A stretch of DNA of 64,000 bases from positions 17,426 through 81,425 of the forward strand of contig CAZPYN010000002.1 of assembly GCA_964590915.1 (NCBI GenBank), written 5' to 3'. This DNA comes from an uncultured Dehalococcoidales bacterium. Its GTDB lineage: Bacteria > Chloroflexota > Dehalococcoidia > Lucifugimonadales > Lucifugimonadaceae. Made by a program: the position numbers and the translations under genes. Positions 59,063 to 64,000 of the stretch are shown in pieces (within the stretch, counting starts at the first letter, position 1; every line of letters begins with the position of its first letter). The notes under the pieces are model-generated. The model made no database searches. It had not been told where the DNA came from and saw nothing but the letters and a program-made list of their open reading frames with translations.

Positions 59063-59612
59063 CTTAGTAATTTCTAATAAATTTAATAATTTAGAAATAA
59101 AAAATTTAGATCAAATTTACGATGTTTTATGGCAAGGTTATAGCATATATGTAAATTTGCAAAAAAAAGATGATGAATTTGTTTTTACTCCAAGAAGTAA
59201 TAGTGAGATTGTTTTAAGTTCTATAGAAGATTTTTTTGAAAAATTGGTTAAATTATTTGATAATGTTGAGACAAAATTATTAATTTCAATTAATGAGTTA
59301 AATCCAGGAATTTTTGAAGTTATTTCTGAAAATTTAGGAAAATATAATCTTTACAAGAATACTATTTTATTGGGACTGGTTTCTAAATTTTGGGATGTAA
59401 GAAGAAGAGTGATAGATACTTCTTCAAAATTAGAAATGGCAGTTGATTATATTCCAAATGAACATATAAAAATTTTAAACGATCAATATGCTAAATGGAT
59501 TTATTTGGATAAAGAATATGATGAAATTATAATCAATGAAATAAAATCTAAGGAGAAAAAGATAATAGCAGATACAAAAATCAACAAAATAGATTTGCAA
59601 TTAATAAAATGA
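59049..59612 (+). CDS. hypothetical protein (no recognisable motifs)
   Basis: 187 aa. It overlaps the argH end by 14 nt and the rpe start by 4 nt, suggesting translational coupling. Codon and aa composition are like the host genome. Confidence 0.4.
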   Translation: MKSNNLVISNKFNNLEIKNLDQIYDVLWQGYSIYVNLQKKDDEFVFTPRSNSEIVLSSIEDFFEKLVKLFDNVETKLLISINELNPGIFEVISENLGKYNLYKNTILLGLVSKFWDVRRRVIDTSSKLEMAVDYIPNEHIKILNDQYAKWIYLDKEYDEIIINEIKSKEKKIIADTKINKIDLQLIK

Positions 59613-60271
59613 AAAATCAATGTATTATAAGTACTTCAATACTTTCATCTAATTTCAAGCATTTACATAGTGAAATAAAAGATATAGAGATTTGCGGAAC
59701 TGATGAAATTCACATAGATGTTATGGATGGAGAATTTGTTGAAAATTTGTCCTTTGGACTTCCTATAATAAAAACAGTAAGATCAAGTACCAGATTGCCC
59801 TTAGAAGCTCATATGATGGTTAATCATCCAATTAAATATGTCAAATCTTTTGCAGATGTAGGTATTGATATATTTACTTTTCATATCGAATCAAAATCAC
59901 CAATTATGAAAACGATTGAATTAATAAAAGAACAAAACCTTAAAGTTGGGATTGCTATTAATCCTGATTCTTCAATTTCACTACTTCAAAAATATATTGA
60001 TTACATAGATAGAATAATTTTTATGTCAGTTTACCCTGGTAAAGGAGGACAAAAATATATTCAGTCAACTGAGGATAAAATGATAGAATTTTTATCTTTA
60101 AATAAAAATAAAAATATACTCTTGGGTGTTGATGGTGGGATAAAATCTGAAACAATCAGAGGAGCCTATAACGCAGGGGCTAGATTATTTATTTCTGGAA
60201 CTGGTATTCTTGATAATGAATTGGGATATTATGGAGCAATAGATCAACTGAGAAGAGCTACTTTAAACTAA
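59609..60271 (+). CDS. rpe: ribulose-phosphate 3-epimerase
   Basis: 220 aa with HIDVMDGEFVENLSFG, HMMV, MSVYPGKGGQ and VDGGI. Confidence 0.9.
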   Translation: MKNQCIISTSILSSNFKHLHSEIKDIEICGTDEIHIDVMDGEFVENLSFGLPIIKTVRSSTRLPLEAHMMVNHPIKYVKSFADVGIDIFTFHIESKSPIMKTIELIKEQNLKVGIAINPDSSISLLQKYIDYIDRIIFMSVYPGKGGQKYIQSTEDKMIEFLSLNKNKNILLGVDGGIKSETIRGAYNAGARLFISGTGILDNELGYYGAIDQLRRATLN

Positions 60272-60470
60272 CACCTTTTTTATCTAGTGTTCTAATTTCT
60301 CTAGCGGTTAATTTAACGACATAAACCTTATCATTTATTGTAATTTTTCTCTTTTGTATATTTGGTTTTGAAATTTTTTGTGTTGCATTCAATGCGTGCG
60401 ATCGGTTATGTCCGAACAGGGGTTTTTTTAGTGGGCCCAGCCCCAAATGTTTTCTAGGATTTATAGCCAT
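60258..60470 (-). CDS. rpmB: 50S ribosomal protein L28
   Basis: 70 aa. FGHNRSHALNATQKISKPNIQ matches the L28 core (GNNVSHS..TKR...PN.Q). Confidence 0.8.
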   Translation of the reverse strand: MAINPRKHLGLGPLKKPLFGHNRSHALNATQKISKPNIQKRKITINDKVYVVKLTAREIRTLDKKGVSLK

Positions 60471-60568
60471 TATTTGTTCTCTTTTTAAAATTTTATATAA
60501 TCTATTAAAATATCTTTTTTGTATATCTTTAGTTTATCACCAAAATTATAATCTAAAATATAAAAATT

Positions 60569-62218
60569 ATGAAATTAAATAAAGAAATAGAACCAAATGA
60601 ACTAGCAAGAGCTATAAAAAATTTTATTTTCTATTTAAATTTATTCAAAGAAAGAATTAATGACCTAAATGTATTCCCGGTGCCAGATGGTGATACGGGA
60701 ACAAACATGCATTTAACTTTGAAAGATCTAGATAAAATAATAGAAACTCCAACAAGACTTCCAGATTTTTTAAAAGATATTGCTCATACAACACTTATGG
60801 GAGCCAGAGGAAACTCTGGTGTGATTTTATCTCAGTTTTTTAAGGCTTTATTAAATTCTTACGAAAAAAATGGTTCATTGACTATAAATTCTTTTTCCGA
60901 AACCTTTTTAATAGCAGCTCAGATAACCAGAGAATCATTACCTAATCCGGTAGAGGGGACAATGTTAACAATTTATGACGATATAGGTAAAGTGATAAAA
61001 GAAAAAAAAGAAAAAGTTAATAATTTTTCTGAATTACTAAAAATTATTGCTGATACGTCAATCGAATCAGTCAAAGAAACACCTAATAAACTTCAAATAT
61101 TAAAAGACGCTGGAGTTGTAGATTCTGGAGCATTAGGATTAGCTATAATGCTTAATTCATGGTATTTTTCAATTGATAAAGATGTTTCCATAGAGATTCA
61201 GTTAGAAAAAGCTTATGAAAAAATGATAGAAGGGATGTCTCGAAAAGTTTCTGAATCTTTTCTTTCAAATAACGAGGAATTAGAATGGGGGAATTGTACA
61301 GTTTTCACTATAAAAGGGTCTGACTTAGACATAAATAAGGAAAGAAAAAAAATACCTAATTTTGGAGAATCTGCTGTTATAACTGGGGATAGAAATTTAC
61401 TTAAAATTCATATTCATGTTGAAGAAACAGAAAGTATTCTGAATTATGCAAAATCCCTTGGAGAGGTTGAAAATCTATTTATTCAAAATATGGATGAACA
61501 AACTAGGAATATTCAAAATAATCAATTAGATAATGATGAATCCGATAATTTAGATGTAGAAACAGCATTAATAAGCGTATGTGAAGGGAATGGAATAGTT
61601 AATTCATTTTTAGACGCTGGAATGGGTGGAGTAAAGATTGTAATAGGAGGAGGAACAAACAACCCTAGTGTTAAAGAAATTCTAGATGTTGTATCTAAAA
61701 TCAAATCATATAACATAATAGTTTTACCAAATGATTCTAATGTAATCCCAGTAGTAAAAGAAGTAATTAATATGAACTTGGATAAAAATCTTTCTATGTT
61801 AGAGACTACATCAATTCAAGAAGGAATTGTTGCAACCTTTAATTATGACTCAGATCTTAATTACGATATAAACATAAAAAACATGGAAGAATCAGTTGAA
61901 TCTTCAGAATACGCCTCTATAACTAAGGCAACAAGAGATGTAACAATAAAAGGTATTAGAATAAATAAAAATGATTATATGGTTTTTAAGAATTCAAAAA
62001 TAAATGGTTCTTACAAAAATTTGGATCATGCACTTCATGAAATCATCGCAGATCTATATTCAAGAAAAGATCTTATAACTTTGTTTGTTGGTGATCAATC
62101 TATTAAAGACAACTATAATGATATTGAAGAAAAACTTAATAATGATTTTGAAAATAAAGAAATTGTGATTTTAGATGGGAATCAAAAATATTATAATTAT
62201 CTTTTATTAGCTGAATGA
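60569..62218 (+). CDS. DAK2-domain fusion protein (YloV-like)
   Basis: 549 aa with an N-terminal Dak2 phosphatase-like domain (PDGDTGTNM, RGNSGVILSQ) and a C-terminal DegV-associated domain. It sits upstream of degV and recG, as in Gram-positive genomes. Confidence 0.85.
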   Translation: MKLNKEIEPNELARAIKNFIFYLNLFKERINDLNVFPVPDGDTGTNMHLTLKDLDKIIETPTRLPDFLKDIAHTTLMGARGNSGVILSQFFKALLNSYEKNGSLTINSFSETFLIAAQITRESLPNPVEGTMLTIYDDIGKVIKEKKEKVNNFSELLKIIADTSIESVKETPNKLQILKDAGVVDSGALGLAIMLNSWYFSIDKDVSIEIQLEKAYEKMIEGMSRKVSESFLSNNEELEWGNCTVFTIKGSDLDINKERKKIPNFGESAVITGDRNLLKIHIHVEETESILNYAKSLGEVENLFIQNMDEQTRNIQNNQLDNDESDNLDVETALISVCEGNGIVNSFLDAGMGGVKIVIGGGTNNPSVKEILDVVSKIKSYNIIVLPNDSNVIPVVKEVINMNLDKNLSMLETTSIQEGIVATFNYDSDLNYDINIKNMEESVESSEYASITKATRDVTIKGIRINKNDYMVFKNSKINGSYKNLDHALHEIIADLYSRKDLITLFVGDQSIKDNYNDIEEKLNNDFENKEIVILDGNQKYYNYLLLAE

Positions 62219-62230
62219 TAGGAGAGAAAA

Positions 62231-63070
62231 ATGCCAAAAATAGCAATAGTTACTGATAGTACCTCAGATTTACCTAAAGAAATAACAAAAAAATATAATA
62301 TAACGATTGTTCCATTAAATGTACATTTTGGAGAAGAAACACTTTTAGATGGAATAGATATTAATTCTAAACAGTTTTTTCATAAATTAGTTGAATCAGA
62401 ATATCATCCACAAACTTCTCAGCCATCAGTTGGAACTTTTTTAAAAACTTATGAAACTCTGTTGAAGAATTATGATAGTATTCTTTCAATTCATATTTCA
62501 AGTAAACTTAGTGCAACTTATACTTCTGCCTTACAAGCAAGTAATGAATTGTCTTCAGCTAATAAAAATATTACAGTTTTGGACAGTTTAACTGGGACTG
62601 TAGCGCTAGGAGCTGTCGTTACAAAAATAGCTAAAATGAATACAGAAAATGTATCTATGGAAGATTTAATTAAAGAATCTAATAGTTTATTTATTAAAAA
62701 TGAATTTTTTGGATTTGTTCCAACTTTAGAATATTTAGCTAAAGGCGGTAGAATTGGAAAAGCTCGTGCATTTATGGGTTCTTTATTAAAAGTAAAACCG
62801 ATGCTATCGTGTGTTGATGGTTTGATTGAAGCAGTAGGTAAGGTTAGGACATTGGATAAAGGTGTGGAATTTCTAATTGATAAAATAAATGATCACAAAA
62901 TAGAATCCCTTTTTATTGTTCATGCAAATTCTGAAGATAGAGCAAAAATACTTTTTGATAAAGCAAAAGAATCTATAGATCCTGAAAAAATAGAAATTGC
63001 TGAATTTGGACCTGTTGTAGGGACTCACGTTGGGCCAGGAGCTTTTGGAATAGGTTTTATCATCGAATAA
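62231..63070 (+). CDS. DegV family fatty-acid-binding protein
   Basis: 279 aa with IAIVTDSTSDLP, TSQPS, HISSKLSATY and GGRIGKA. Confidence 0.85.
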   Translation: MPKIAIVTDSTSDLPKEITKKYNITIVPLNVHFGEETLLDGIDINSKQFFHKLVESEYHPQTSQPSVGTFLKTYETLLKNYDSILSIHISSKLSATYTSALQASNELSSANKNITVLDSLTGTVALGAVVTKIAKMNTENVSMEDLIKESNSLFIKNEFFGFVPTLEYLAKGGRIGKARAFMGSLLKVKPMLSCVDGLIEAVGKVRTLDKGVEFLIDKINDHKIESLFIVHANSEDRAKILFDKAKESIDPEKIEIAEFGPVVGTHVGPGAFGIGFIIE

Positions 63071-63079
63071 TTATTTTAG

Positions 63080-64000
63080 ATGTCTAATACTATAGTTGAA
63101 TTGAAAAAATTTCATTCAATTCTTGTGAATGAATATGAAAATGGATTGAATGATGAATCTGTTGAGCAAGGACTTGATGCTTATCTTAATAATTTGGATG
63201 ATAATTTTTATTGGGTAAAATCTATTTATCCTCTTTCTAACAAAAAATATAAAAATTTAGGGATAGGCGAACGTCATATTTGGATAAAAAATAGTTTAGC
63301 AAAAATACAATATGAAACACGTAAGATATTATTTGAAGAAGAAGAAAAAGAAAAACTAGAAAATCTTTCTCTTGAAACACCAGTTGATGAAATACCTTTT
63401 ATACCCAAAAAATTTATAAATAAATTTCCAAATATCAACATATTTAATTTGCTTGATCTTATATATCATTTTCCTTATAGATATGAAGACTATACAAATA
63501 TAAGAAAAATTGTACATCTAAAAGAAAACGACTCAGTATCCATAATAGGTGAAGTGAAAAAGTCTATTTTATTACCAAATAAAAAAGGTCCAAGAGCTAC
63601 TAGAATTAGTATTTCAGATGGTAGTGGGTTTATATCTGCTACTTGGTTTAGGCAACCCTATCTAATAAAAAACTTTAAAATAGGCTCCAAAGTAGCATTA
63701 GCAGGGAGAGTAACAAAATGGAAGAACTATTTACAATTTGACAACCCATATTTTGAAAATATCAATGATTTTGATAACAATGGAAATATAAAATATGCAA
63801 AATATTTACTACCTTATTACCATTCCACAGAAAGATTGCCTCAATTATCTATAAGAAAAGCTATTTCAATGTCATTAAAAACAGGTTTGTCCCAATTAGA
63901 TGATTTTTTGCCTATTGAAATACTTAAAAGAAATGATCTATTTACGTTGAAAAAATCTGTTTTAAACGCTCATTTTCCTAAAAATAATGAACAAAAAGAA
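63080..64000 (+). CDS. recG: ATP-dependent DNA helicase RecG, N-terminal part (continues beyond window)
   Basis: The frame is open from the ATG at 63080 to the window end (307 codons, hand-translated, no stops). It contains LIYHFPYRYEDYT and wedge-domain-like ISDGSGFISATWFRQPYL...KVALAGRV. About 100 aa of N-terminal extension precede the RYED motif. Confidence 0.8.
   Translation, partial: MSNTIVELKKFHSILVNEYENGLNDESVEQGLDAYLNNLDDNFYWVKSIYPLSNKKYKNLGIGERHIWIKNSLAKIQYETRKILFEEEEKEKLENLSLETPVDEIPFIPKKFINKFPNINIFNLLDLIYHFPYRYEDYTNIRKIVHLKENDSVSIIGEVKKSILLPNKKGPRATRISISDGSGFISATWFRQPYLIKNFKIGSKVALAGRVTKWKNYLQFDNPYFENINDFDNNGNIKYAKYLLPYYHSTERLPQLSIRKAISMSLKTGLSQLDDFLPIEILKRNDLFTLKKSVLNAHFPKNNEQKE

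Noticed and set aside
1-64000. A whole-window scan for rRNA, tRNA, CRISPR arrays, IS elements or transposases, integrases, prophage or toxin-antitoxin pairs.
   Set aside because: Nearly all sequence is accounted for by conserved CDSs. No gap is long enough for, or has the composition of, a tRNA or rRNA. I noticed no direct-repeat arrays, terminal inverted repeats or recombinase motifs. A computational scan (tRNAscan, Infernal, repeat finders) would be needed for certainty.

Overview
All homology calls below are motif recognition by eye; no search was run.

This is an AT-rich (roughly 30% G+C by eye), very gene-dense bacterial chromosomal segment. It holds about 60 CDS, uses the standard code 11, has GGAG-type Shine-Dalgarno sites, and shows many ATGA/TAATG start-stop overlaps.

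Most of the window is core metabolism and information processing:
- mfd
- proB-proA-thrB-lysC
- a sirtuin, then recF
- apt and mazG
- lysA-holB-cmk-plsC-dgt-like-dnaG-rpoD
- pheA fused into a Ktr/Trk K+ uptake operon
- ileS and trxB
- argJ-argB-argD-argG-argH, then rpe
- rpmB
- yloV-like/degV/recG

The synteny (dgt-dnaG-rpoD, rpmB next to yloV-degV-recG, a DUF948+YtxH pair, KtrAB, type-2 IleS) looks like a monoderm, Chloroflexota- or Actinomycetota-like lineage. I cannot assign taxonomy from sequence alone.

Two carbohydrate-related accessory blocks are present:
- 1-10.7 kb: one minus-strand array running RraA-like, enolase-superfamily, YjhG-like dehydratase, Eis-like GNAT, Gfo/Idh/MocA, tiny membrane protein, DUF1800, NHL propeller, DUF1501, sulfatase.
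- 23.5-28.8 kb: Zn-ADH, PQQ-type sugar dehydrogenase lipoprotein, DUF4432-like protein, SDR and SMP-30 lactonase.

The most notable observations are:
1. selD is truncated in the ORF track. It is actually a full-length selenoprotein gene with an in-frame UGA at codon 16 embedded in a GC-rich SECIS-like hairpin.
2. The recF Walker-A region lies upstream of any in-frame ATG/GTG/TTG.
3. The DUF1800/NHL/DUF1501/sulfatase module has no signal peptides.
4. The K+ uptake operon carries two extra degenerate RCK paralogs, a USP-like gene and pheA.
5. A compositionally foreign SDR with YxxxN instead of YxxxK sits where argC would be expected.

I found no rRNA, tRNA, CRISPR, transposase, integrase or recognisable phage-defence genes. 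I see no compelling evidence for a wholly new system. The candidates above are the best leads.
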